A stretch of DNA of 63,979 nucleotides, the filler included, from Lenisia limosa (lineage: Eukaryota > Protista > Breviatea): the NCBI GenBank assembly GCA_001655205.1. It is 5 parts of 5 records of this genome, joined end to end, with 100 filler letters (N's around TTAATTAATTAA, not from the genome) between each part and the next. Parts side by side here need not be neighbours in the genome. Positions count along the whole stretch, not along the records: positions 1 to 29,109 come from LPNZ01011337.1; positions 29,210 to 43,504 come from LPNZ01006445.1; 3 more parts are not named here. One strand, written 5' to 3'. A model generated the notes under the pieces. It made no database searches. It was not told where the DNA came from and saw only the letters and a program-made list of their open reading frames with translations. Both the position numbers and the translations under genes were made by a program. Each line of letters starts with the position of its first letter. Positions within the stretch are counted from its first letter, which is position 1. Positions 24,633 to 36,107 of this stretch are shown in pieces.

Positions 24633-27600
24633 CTAGAGATTTGAATCTAGGGTGTTTTCACTGAGTTCAGACATTTCTTCACCTGGTTGGTTAAAATGAA
24701 ACAATACCACCAAAGCCTCCATAATATCATGTCAAACAATCAGATACAAATGCAAAGAGGCATACCCTCTTCCAAGTTCTCAAGGGGAACGGCGGGCTGT
24801 TTTTCTCCACTAACACTCCACTGCGACAATGAAACGTGTAGAGGCGACTAGACAGTGAGTTTATGACTAATCCAGCAGAGATAAGAGTGAACAATCCACA
24901 CACCTCTGAAGGTTCCATGTCATTGTTCCAGTCGTAAACGGCATGGCACTCCAAGGAGGTGCCAGAGCTGGCGGCGTTGGCAACCTGTTGGTCAGTTTTC
25001 GCCTTCTTAGGCCGTCTCAATTCCCACTGCTGTCCATATAAAAGGTTCTGAACTCCTCTCACTGACCCCACCCCCACTTTGAACCGAGCTTTGACGTTGG
25101 TGTGGGCCACGAGTTCGGACTGCAGCAGTACCTCGCCGTTCGGACACATTTCCTCAAGACGAGCGGAGTTGACGGGACCCTCCCCAAGCAGAATGTAGCC
25201 CGGGTTGGAGAGACCAGCAGCCAAGCCGAGACCAGGCCCGGCGGCAACTCCGATCCGAAGGTCCATATACGGGAATGACAACGGCAGCTTGATGCGAGAG
25301 AAGGCCTCTGGAGGGGGGGGGGGGTAAAATTGGAAAATTTATGAATTCTCAAAGAAGGTAACGTTTACTCAAATGTTCTCTTCTCGTATGACCCCATACC
25401 TTCCAGTGTTGTGACCTCACAGTCATCCACAAGGTCGGCAATGTCGTGGTAATCATTGCGCGGCTTGTAGCTTGACAGGGATATATGTTTCGTACTAAAA
25501 AGAACAATCAAAAAGGAAACTTGGAATTAACCAAGAAAATCTCAGTCTAATAATCATTTGGTAGTGGATGAAACACTAAGAGAGAAATAGAAAATGAAGC
25601 CGGATCCCACGTGTGAGAGGATACGAGCGTAGCGTCCGACTGTTTTCCGAGTCCAGCAGTAATGGACATTCGGCGGTGATTGTTGTTGGGTTGCGGTTGG
25701 GACGAGGGAGGCCTACAGTGTAAGCTGGCATTCCGGAACAAAAATTAAAATCCACATATTTTGGTCTGTGAACAAAGGCCGAGGGAAGATTAAGGGGTAG
25801 AAGATGTGATATGAGTACGGCCCCACTTCGGTTCAAAAAAGACCGTTTAAATATCGGTATTTACGAGGATTTATCGAGGAGTTATCGAGAAATTCAGGTT
25901 TCGAACTGATATGAATCCTTAGTTGTGAGAGATGTGTTATGAGAGAAATGATGGAAATCAAGATTGCACCCACCCTCTCCGCCGTGACATTGGGTGTGGC
26001 CCTAGTTTCTTATTGGGCATTGCCTGGAGCCCACGACCAGTATCGCCTTCTGGGGTGGACAGCGATGGAAGGTCAATTCCAAGGGCGCTGAGATTGGGGG
26101 ATGAGCTCTCATCAATCTTGACACTCTTGGAACCAGTCAGGGATAGTGCAGCAATTGATGCGCGTCTCCATCTACTGGTTAATATAAAAAACGAAAACAT
26201 ATTCTAATATCAAAGACACATTGTCATGATGACACACACTGGGAGTGTAAAAGGACACAAATTTGGGGTGAACATCCAATTGTAATCAACGTGCATTGTA
26301 ATAATGGATTTGTCAATTTTTCAAACAACAGGACAAAACCATTAGGTTTCTTATTAACGGTGCATTGAAAATAAATAAGGAAAACGGTTAAATACCGAAC
26401 AACTTTTTGTTTGGGACTATTTGGACCCGGTAGAATCCTTATTGTTGTGGATTATTAATTCCGAGGAAGCACACGCCCTGCCCACTTTTGAGTCGCAGTA
26501 GAGGACTTCCTTTGAATTTCCTTTCCATCGAAATAGACATCCTCAATGACACTGCCCTGCGATAGAGCCGGGTCTTCAACGGGAGGCAGGTTGGGTGGCA
26601 TCTAGAGCGGTCAGCTGACAAAAGGTCCTACTCTTCCGACGTGATTGAGGTGCATGAAGGCTTGGAGAAGAAGGGCTAAATCTAAAGCAGAGAAAACTCC
26701 GTCATCAACATCGCTACTGTCTACAGGGTAAGAAAAGACTAAAAGCGTCCAATTCACCTTGGTTGGTCAGACAGAAGATGTCACCTAAAGCGTGATGAGG
26801 GGATTTCCAATATTCTATCCTACCCGCCTTCTCAGCGATGTCGAGTCCCACGTGTGACGCCAGGATAAGGACCAGGGAGGTGAGCTGGTTGAGGCACTGC
26901 GCTACGTCTTTGGGGCTCATTGCTGCAGTGGTGCGGCTGAAGGACGAAATATTTACCTGGGGGGGGGGGGGGAGTAAGGAATTTGATTTGTAGAGCTTTA
27001 CGTTAATTGAGACTTGAAATAACAACATAAACCTTGGTGCATAAAAGTTCGTTGGAATTAAAGCAGATAAATCTAAGGCTGTTTAAGTTGTGCTAATAGA
27101 GGCACTGTCAGCTTACTCTGCAAACAACAACGTTTCGTCGAATGTCAGTGAACCGTGCGTTGTTGTAGACAACAGCCACACCGGAGCTTGGCAAGATGTT
27201 GGTTAAGAGACTCAAGGCTCTGCCACGATAGGAAGACTTTGTCTGCAAGGAGTAAGATGGGATGGAAGCAATACTATGAATATCAAATTGCCGCAGCCGA
27301 CTTTGAAGAGAAGCACGCGCTGAGAGAACACTGTGGTGAGAACACTGTGTCCGACAAACGTGGATAGAGCAGCAGTGATCAGAAGACCAAAACGAAGGAC
27401 TGCATCTGAGGTGGAAATGTCGGCGGTCACGCTTGACAGCCCAATAAAGAGCAGGTTAAGGGGTAGAGTAACGTGCGAGGGAAGAGGCAAAATCAGGCCG
27501 GCGACAAGGATACTGATCAGCGAGAGATTCTCCTGTGCTGTGGTGTACCTAAAATGTTGGAAGGGGTCACCACACAAGATAAGTAGTTCCAAACTCGCAC

Positions 27601-28390
27601 AACGTATACTCTGAATGGATGTCCAGGAGCAAGGCCGAAAAGAATGCCAAAACGGACACGAAGACGGCAACCTCCAGCAATACCGCGTTGGTCGAAACCC
27701 TGAAGGTCAGAAGAGGCATTTCGGGCAAACCTTGTTTTGGCGTTGAGAATGCTAATGCGGTTGGGGATGAGGCTGCGGAAAGAGAGAAGTGCAGTCGTCA
27801 CCGCCAAGAGGAGGGAAATTACATAGGAGAGGAAGACGTTGGTGCTTTCCGAGCTAGAAAATGAGACATTAGGCGAGTGACCCACTCCTTGTGAATGGAT
27901 TGCCAGAGGGACAGGACTGCGAATATGAGCATAGGCAACCGGCCGCGTGAGAGCGACACCAATCGATGCATGTCCAACTAGGCTGTTAGATACGGGTTGT
28001 CTTGGGGCCGAATCAATGAAAAGCCTGTTATATCATAGCTATAGATATAATACATATGCATAATATATGAAATATATATAGTATACAAGTATATCATAAT
28101 ATGATATGCTGTATATACTAAGTCCTGATCCGGATACTGAACTTTCTCTTTCTAGTCAATCGTGTCAGAACTTATCACTATCAGTGTATATGGTACGAAT
28201 GTCTCTCTTCCACCCCGTACTTCTCCCGCCCATGCCGGGTTGAACTTGGCCGAGGACGTTGGAGGGTCGAAAGTGGTCACCTCAGAGGACGTGCCGGTGT
28301 GCAGCAGGGCAAACTCACACGCTTCACTCAGGATCTCGGCTGGCGGCTTTCGGAACTGAACCCTTCGGCTGACCTTCTTCTTTCCAGTCT
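24633..28390 (-). CDS. Multi-TM protein with a degenerate, insertion-split class III (adenylyl/guanylyl) cyclase domain; 5' end not resolved
   Basis: About five hydrophobic segments, then LLTNILP...VVVCRVNISSFSRTTAAMSPKDVAQCLNQL...EKAGDIFC...ALDLALLLQAF. After a long low-complexity insert comes MDLRIGVAAGP...GYILLGEGPVNSARLEEMCPNGEVLL. TAG at 24633-24635. Confidence 0.78.
25816..25921. mobile_element. MITE family A, copy 4 (cyclase-like gene intron)
   Basis: tacggccccacttcggttcaaaaaa...ttcgaactgatatgaatcctta. Confidence 0.75.
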
Positions 28391-29109
28391 GGGGGGGGGG
28401 GGGGNNNNNNNNNNNNNNNNNNNNNNNNNNNNNNNNNNNNNNNNNNNNNNNNNNNNNNNNNNNNNNNNNNNNNNNNNNNNNNNNNNNNNNNNNNNNNNNN
28501 GAACTGAATAATCTGAAATGAAAAATTGGAAAAGTGATGAAACAGAAAAAAGCCCAAAATCAACTCTGTTGGCTGACAACACACGAGAGTTGATAACAAC
28601 AATACAAACAAGGCCCAGGCTTGTCGCTCCTCTGGGGGAGAGGGTGAAACTATTAGCTAACATTGTTACAAGGGTTATTTTTTTTTTATAAATATACAAC
28701 ATGATACTTATCACCCCCATTTCAGCCACAGTCCACAGAGCACACACTAATAATAACTATACGAAGAAGGCGGTGCATGAAGTAAGGAGAGCGGTCTCAC
28801 CTTGTTTAGTTGGGGGGAGGAAGCCATGTTTGCGAGGGACATCGTCATTTCTCCCTCAATAACACCCGACAGATTAGTGGTGGCTGTAGCATTAAAAGGG
28901 CGGGTGCTATTATGCCCTATAATTAGCAATATTATATCAAACAGTGAATCCATCAGTAATTAAAAAGGTCAAGAATTGATCCAAAAGCCCCCTACCAGTA
29001 CACCAGTAAGTGTGGAGAACTCCCATGCCAGGAACCACCACGGACCCTCTGGACTGCAGAGCCGCCCCAGCCGGACCTAAACTGGCACGTGCCATGGTGG
29101 ACACATGCA

Positions 29110-29209
29110 NNNNNNNNNNNNNNNNNNNNNNNNNNNNNNNNNNNNNNNNNNNNTTAATTAATTAANNNNNNNNNNNNNNNNNNNNNNNNNNNNNNNNNNN
29201 NNNNNNNNN
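29110..29209. other. Artificial scaffold linker N-TTAATTAATTAA-N (also at 43505-43604, 52843-52942, 55246-55325)
   Basis: The identical 12-mer, which has stops in all six frames, sits within N runs four times. Confidence 0.95.
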
Positions 29210-31157
29210 ATAATTGACCCATCACCAGCAACCGAGCTCACAAACTAGAAGAGTTAAATAATCGGGTCTTTTCATTTCTAAATTGACTGTCCACTAATTT
29301 TAATTCACCCAATCATTTGACTTACAACTCTGTGCACACAGCTTTCTGCGTGCCTCCCCTGCAAACCTACAAGGATTAGATTCATAAATAAGGACAATAG
29401 CCCCTGCACAATAACCCAGGTAGACCCTCCTAATCCGTCTTGTGCCACGGATTCAGGAGTTGCCAGAGAGTTAGAATTGCAAACATCATAGGCTTAATAA
29501 AAAATAATATTATCGTAAATATTGATAACGTCCTTAAAGGATAACAGATTATAAGTGGCTCAATAGTAGGACTCTCAGGTAGAGAGATCCCCTAGTCTAT
29601 GAGGCCAGTGAGATTGCTTAGGAGAAGCGCCCTCAGTTTTGTTCGATGGGGTGTTATAAAAACAAACTTATACGTGAAAATGAACGATATTATTAACTTC
29701 TTGAGGAAGCAAAATAATATATCTAGTAGTATTGAGGGTCCGGATGAGACGAGCAGCGTTGTAGGCGAATTGTCTCGGTTGAGAACACAATCAACCGTAA
29801 CGCGTGAGTGGCCCGTTCAAGACACCTTTACAATATGTTCCGGAAGAGTCTAATGGATATGTGATTGATTGGCTTTAAAACAGAAATCCCTGAGTTTATC
29901 GTATCATATAGAAGTTTGATTGCAAAATAGAAAAATGAAGAAAAAAAAAAGTATGATAAATATTTTTGTGAACTACGAGTGTGAATTTGAAAGTTATGAC
30001 TTTTCAACGTAAGTTTTGTTGATTGAGGTGGAGGGTAGAAATGCTAGAGAGTTCGGTCCATGGGAGCAGCTATCAATTCAAGATTGGTACTAACCTGGCT
30101 GTCATCAGACCAAGATAGACTGTAGACATCAACCTGATGGCCAATCTTGGCTTGGCGTGCTAGCAAGTCCATCTTATCCCCGTTGGGGCTCACCTATGAG
30201 GTAAAATGCTAGAATTAGAAGGCCATCTATCCACAATACCATCAATTTCCTAAAGAATGTGAATGCCTCCCCCCACGCTCAGAACAACAACAGTTCCATC
30301 AGAAGTTGCTGCAGCCAGTCGCATTCCACAGGGCGAAAAACAAAGGACTTTCTACATGGTTCAATTTGTTCATGTTGCGCTGTTGTCTTAATAATTTGAA
30401 AAATTAAAATAAGAACATACCACATATTTCGCATCATTCGCATCATCCATGATCTGAACACTGTCCAAAAAAATAATTTTCTCGTGCATGGCTGCTTCAT
30501 CATCCATACGCTTCTCCGCTTTCGACTTCTGAATGAATTAGAAAACTACTATCATGCTGCCAAAGGGACAACAACCAACCTTTTCATCTTTGTCTTTCTT
30601 GCGGTATCGCAGACCTTCTTTGAGAACACTCACCGGTGAACTGTTCTGCTGTCTCACCAGCGCCATTAAACTAACAGTTCCGCCTGTTGCCACTGCAAAA
30701 CATTTCTGGGTGATTAAGAAAAACAAGAATAAATCACAGATCAAAGTGAAATATATGACCATTTTGCAAAGCTCTCTCCTTCAAACAATGCCCACCAAAT
30801 GATCAGATTCCAAACAAACCATTGTGGGGTGGCCAGTCATTGCTCTGACAGAAAACTCGAACTCGCTCAGGGCGGCAGTCACCTCCAAAGGAATGTAGGC
30901 TACAATGTTGTCAGGACGGGTCATTCAAATGCATATACACTCCCCCACCCACAGTCAAAAAGATCAACAGCTTCTACCATGTTATAAACGCCTGTTTTTG
31001 ACGTTCCTCCTCCACCACCAACAAGAAGACGTCTGGAGTTGCTCAATGAGGCAACTGAATACAGAGGGATGTTAGAGCGGTGGAAGCACCCATTTCCTCC
31101 AAGAGGTGACTGTGACGAAACAGATGAGCCAAACCAAAGAGGCTCTTCGTTTGACAT
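29210..31157 (-). CDS. SEC12: SEC12/PREB-like WD40 Sar1 guanine-nucleotide exchange factor; 3' part runs into an assembly linker
   Basis: IPLYSVA...LLVGGGGGTSKTGVYN matches the Sec12 K-loop GGGGxxKTG. Followed by AMTGHPTMKCFAVATGG, KVLCFSPCGMRLAAATSDGTVVV and GHQVDVYSLSWSDD. Sequence at 28760-29109 may be further SEC12 exons or 5' exons of the next gene. Confidence 0.8.
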
Positions 31158-31481
31158 TTTGTTGCTGACTGATATCAGTGAATTGGCAGGAATCAACGAT
31201 GTTATATTCACCTATAATTACACAAGGTGGGGGAGAAAAGGGAGAGTGAAAAGTGCTCACTTAGAGTTGGGGACGCGGGCTGCTCCTGCTCCGCTGGTTT
31301 GATTTAAAAGAACCTGAGTCGGAACATGGGAAACAGGCCAAACGTCAAACAAATCCTTATAAACACCAGCTGTTATACCCTTTAAAAAAAGGCGGGGATA
31401 AGATTTTGTCCTCCTTTGTGATTCTAGTTTGAGCGTATCTGTTTCCTAACTTCTCTTCAGACTTGAGAGAAGAATACAAAA

Positions 31482-33799
31482 ATGACTTCTTCAGGTTGGT
31501 ACTTCCTCTACATTTTAATAAATCTTTTACCTATTCAGGCATAAGCATTCCAAACATTACGAGCCACGTGATTCGTAACCCCTCTCCTGCTTATCTCTAC
31601 GAAATTGCCCTCAAAGTGGAGAAAGACTCCCATATCACGTCATCAGGTTTTCGGGGACACCGTTTCATATCGTCGGATATTTGTTTTTGGTATCTTTTAA
31701 CCATTTAAGGAGCTCTCACTTGCCGCTCTGGATCCAAATGTGGAAGATCACCCAAGGACAAACGTATTGTGGAAGAACCTTCAACTTCAGAGTTCGCTTT
31801 TGGATCTGTTTTGAAAATATTTTTTTCTTTTGGCCGCCAATGTCTCATTCCGCAGGAATGTTTGGTGGGGTCCGATCAACATGCCCAATCCTCCTGAGAC
31901 CTTTCAATTCAACCGTGAACGCGCTCTTGCTTACTTAAACTCTGTTCAACATGTCTTTGGTTGGTTTGCGTTTCAAACTTGACAGATTTGATCCTTTTTT
32001 TTGACTGATTCCTCTAGTTATTGATGCCTATGCTGGATGGGACAAGAATTATCGCATGAAAGTCCGAGTAATATGCTCTCGTGCCTACCACGCTTTGTTT
32101 ATGCGCAATATGTTGGTTCGTCCCACCGATGACGAGCTCAAAGACTTCGGAGAACCCGATTTCACTATCTACAATGCTGGTAAGCGAGAAAATCGCAATT
32201 CTGGGTCATTTTTATTTTGAAACGTCAGATTCCTTTTATGTTCTCATTATTCTAAGGCGAGTTTCCTGCCTCCTCCATGGTCAAGGGTGTTGACTCCAAG
32301 ACTTCAGTCTCCCTCAACTTCGCCGCTCGCGAAATGGTCGTTCTCGGCACTCAATACGCGGGTGAAATGAAGAAGGGTGTTTTCACTATCATGGTTGGTG
32401 GGGTGCTTTCTTTTAATTTATCGCTTTAGATGTCGTTCTCGGTTGCATTTTTTTTTTTTTAACTTAGTCAGAATTATTACATGCCTCTGCGTGGACAGCT
32501 CTCCCTCCATTCATCTTGCAACCATGCCATCGATGACCCCTCTGATGTCGCTGTCTTCTTTGGACTTTCGGGAACTGGAAAGACCACTCTCTCTGCCGAC
32601 CCTCGTCGCAACCTTATTGGAGGTGAGCAATGCGGGGTCAACTTCACTTCGTATTTTTCACTCACATTTCTGTCAAAATGACTGTGTATGTTATTATTGG
32701 TTATCGTTCATCTTGCTTACCTTACAGATGACGAGCACGTCTGGACCCAGGCTGGTATGTTCAACATTGAAGGCGGTTGCTACGCCAAGTGCATTGGGCT
32801 CAAGCAGGAGAATGAGCCCGAAATCTTCAACGCAATCAAATTCGGTATGTCTCAGAGAGCTGTCATTTATTGTTCATTACTCCAGGCTCCATTCTTGAAA
32901 ATGTTGTTTATGACGAGGACAAACGCATTGTAGACTTCAATGACACTTCCATCACTGAGAACACTCGTTGCGCCTATCCTATTGAGGTAGACAGGGAGCC
33001 AGGTTTATTTGTTAAGAGCAAAACTTAATTGTGCAATTGTGTTCACTGCTGACCTTTTTTAGTACATTCCCAACGCTACCATTCCCTGCATTGCTTCCCA
33101 CCCAAAGAACATCATCCTCCTGACGTGTGACGCTTTTGGTGTCCTCCCCCCTGTCTCCAAGCTCTCCCCCGAGCAGGTTCAGTACCACTTCATCAACGGG
33201 TAAGTGGATGCCTCGCCTTTTTCTTGGATGGCTCTTCTTTCTCTTTGCCGTTCACATTCTTCTTCTCTTTGACTGACCTTTGTAGCTATACCGCCAAAGT
33301 GGCTGGAACTGAGGAAGGCGTCAAGGAGCCCCAGGCCACGTTCTCGTCTTGTTTTGGTGCCCCCTTCCTCGTTTGGCATCCCACCAAGTACGCAGACATA
33401 CTCGCTGAGAAGATGAAAGAGCACAAGGCCCAGGCCTGGCTGATTAACACTGGGTGGACGGGCGGAGCTTATGGCGTCGGTAACCGCATGAGCCTCAAGT
33501 ACACTCGCGCCATTGTTGACGCTATTCACTCTGGTGAACTCGCCAAGGTTTGTGGATCTGAAGAAAAGTGGTATTCTCACCCCCAGGTTGGCACGACCAC
33601 GATGGATGTTTTCGGCCTCCAGATCCCCAACGCCTGCCCCAACGTTCCGTCTGAAGTCCTGAACCCTCGTGACACGTGGGCCGACAAGCCTGCCTTCGAC
33701 GCAACCCTCGGCAAGCTCGCTTCCCTCTTCGCCAACAACTTCGATGAGTACAAGGGTCACGCCGAGCCTGCCATTGTGAACGCTGGTCCCCACAACTAA
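31482..33799 (+). CDS. PCK1: Phosphoenolpyruvate carboxykinase (ATP), 12 exons
   Basis: Fully reconstructable: [82 protein letters not shown]. Eleven GT-AG introns. ATG at 31482, TAA at 33797-33799. Confidence 0.97.
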
Positions 33800-34145
33800 C
33801 TCCGCCCAATGTCATGTTAATTTATAAGCCTGTTTCCTTTTTTTGTTGTTTCTCTGACTTTTATGTATCTGTTTCATCGCATTGCAAGGTGTCTCATTTT
33901 TTATTTTTTTTAGTGACATTTATTTCATATTCCATCTCTACTTTTTAAGAGAAAGGATACCTACTCCATGATGACTGTGAAGGAATACTCAGCCTGCTAC
34001 ATTTTTAGATGTTGAGGATTCGTATTCATTGCTTGGAAAAGCAACAATCAGGGGAAATCGATGGAAGCAAATCGATTCTAGTATACAAGAGTAATACATA
34101 GTAAGAAAGTGAAATAATTAAAGAAAACCATACCCATCTAAATAG

Positions 34146-35736
34146 TTACTCCTCCTCATCCTCCTCCAGCGCGGCCAGCTGCCCCAGAATCAGCTCTCGT
34201 TTGAGATCATATCTAAATAGTCACGCCTTCCAAGATCAGGATTTAAATAATAAAAAAACTACCGTCTAAATACCCCCCCCCCGCGCGCTCTCCAATATTA
34301 TTCAATGACATGGTGGAAATGAAGACCATTATTATGAAGCAGACCTACTTCCCATTTACAGACGTTTTATCTACTCTTACCTGTCTTTAATGGCCATGAG
34401 GTCTCGTGATCGCTGAGCCTCCAAATCTCGCAGCATTTCTTCAAGCTCTGCTAAGGGTTTTGACGCAAACTAAATCGTAAACATTGGCATTACCAAAATT
34501 GGGAATCAGGGAAGAAATGCGATAGGGAATTAGAGTCGTGAGTCCTATCATATGTAGATTGATATCTATATCTAGGCTGCAGCCTACTATAGTGTATAGG
34601 AGAGGGGATATTAATGACAGTATTGTCCTATTCATTTGCCTTCTCACACATCCTTCTGTGCGGCTCTCCCCAGCATACTTCATTTGCAGATTGCTTGTCC
34701 ATGAATACCATAAAAGCAGGTCGACTATCATCTGGAACAGATTATATAAAACTGGCTAAAAAAGAGAAAATTTTCGAGAAAAAAAAAGTACTATATAAGT
34801 ACAACTGAACCACATAGAGCCCCTTTACCCAATTTCTTCGTTTTACTCCCCACCCCCCTTACTGGCCTGAACTCGAACAGCAGTATCCTCTTGCTCATCA
34901 TCGGAACTGTTGTAACAGATCACAGATCCGCATTCTGAGCCATCTTCATCATCCATATTCTGTTCCACCTCCGCATCCTCATCAGGATTTTTCAAAGACA
35001 ATGGTGCTGGCGTGAGAGGCAGCGATCGATATGCCTTGCGTTGGGCCACAAGCTGGAGTGTCAATCTCTGGAAGTCCGCCAAAGACAAAAACACAGAGTA
35101 TACATCTCAAACTTTCAGTAATGTGTTNNNNNNNNNNNNNNNNNNNNNNNNNNNNNNNNNNNNNNNNNNNNNNNNNNNNNNNNNNNNNNNNNNNNNNNNN
35201 NNNNNNNNNNNNNNNNNNNNNNNNNNNNNNNNNNNNNNNNNNNNNNNNNNNNNNNNNNNNNNNNNNNNNNNCACCTTACGCACCTTTTTTCTCACTTGAG
35301 GTTTGCCGACAGGGGACACATCTTCGACCATATCGAGGGGAATCACCCCGGCTGGCCTCTCGTCCTATGTTGTAAATCAAGATAGCATCATAAACTTTGG
35401 CACCCTCCAATACCAAAAACTCAGATATATAGAAAATTAATCTCAATATCCCCTGGAAGGGAATCAATTATTGAAACAAGTAAGTAAGAACGAAATGCCT
35501 CATCAAAGGTGGAATGTTAAGAATGAATCAATCAAAAGTGTGAAGCCTCTTCATTGCACCCAAAAAACCTTTGGGTTTTTGTAATAACATAACATTGTTG
35601 ATGTTGCCTTAAAGAAGCGATACTTCCATGACTTTATTCTGCCTCCTTGTTTGGTGAGATATCCGCATCGGACTATATCTTCGTCTTTAACAGCGATCGC
35701 TTTTGATGGATCATCCTTCTTTTTATCTTCACCCAT
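34146..35736 (-). CDS. PH-domain protein with acidic linker and C-terminal SARAH-like coiled coil
   Basis: PH domain GYLTKQGGRIKSWKYRFF...LCYYKNPK|DERPAGVIPL. The last exons splice to FASKPLAELEEMLRDLEAQRSRDLMAIKDRYDLKRELILGQLAALEEDEEE*. TAA at 34146-34148. Confidence 0.78.
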
Positions 35737-36107
35737 CTTTTGCCTGTTAACAAAGGCACCAGAAGGTCGGAGAAGAAGCTTAAAAGACTAAAACATTTTT
35801 CAGGAAGGAAATCTCGGTAAAAAATACAGTTGATTTCAATTAAACAAATAGATTTATTCGGATATAGAAGAGATGAAGAGATATGATGTTTGAAAGTTAC
35901 GAAAGTGGTGTCCGCAGCCGGAATTTTACCAACTCTCTTTTGCTCTCTCTGTTGGCTCTCTGCTCTCCTCTCTCTCTCTCATTCTTTCTGTAGTGTTATA
36001 TATCGAATATTTGTATATTTGGTGTATATTCGTGGTGTCGTGTTATCAGTGTCACTGGCGCTACATATTATTGCTTCTCTTGACATCAGCTATCTTAAAC
36101 TTTCACT

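Noticed and set aside
25050-27200. Two-domain C1/C2 cyclase as in animal transmembrane adenylyl cyclases
   Set aside because: I found only one N-half and one C-half of the fold, so a single split domain fits better.
29154-29165. Recurrent TTAATTAATTAA palindrome as a biological motif
   Set aside because: It always lies inside N runs and encodes stops in all six frames, so it is an assembly linker.
31482-33799. Bacterial contamination suggested by ATP-dependent PEPCK
   Set aside because: It has eleven spliceosomal introns and is flanked by eukaryotic genes.
33179-33815. Long minus-strand ORFs (204 and 97 aa)
   Set aside because: These are antisense shadows of the GC-rich, codon-biased PEPCK exons.
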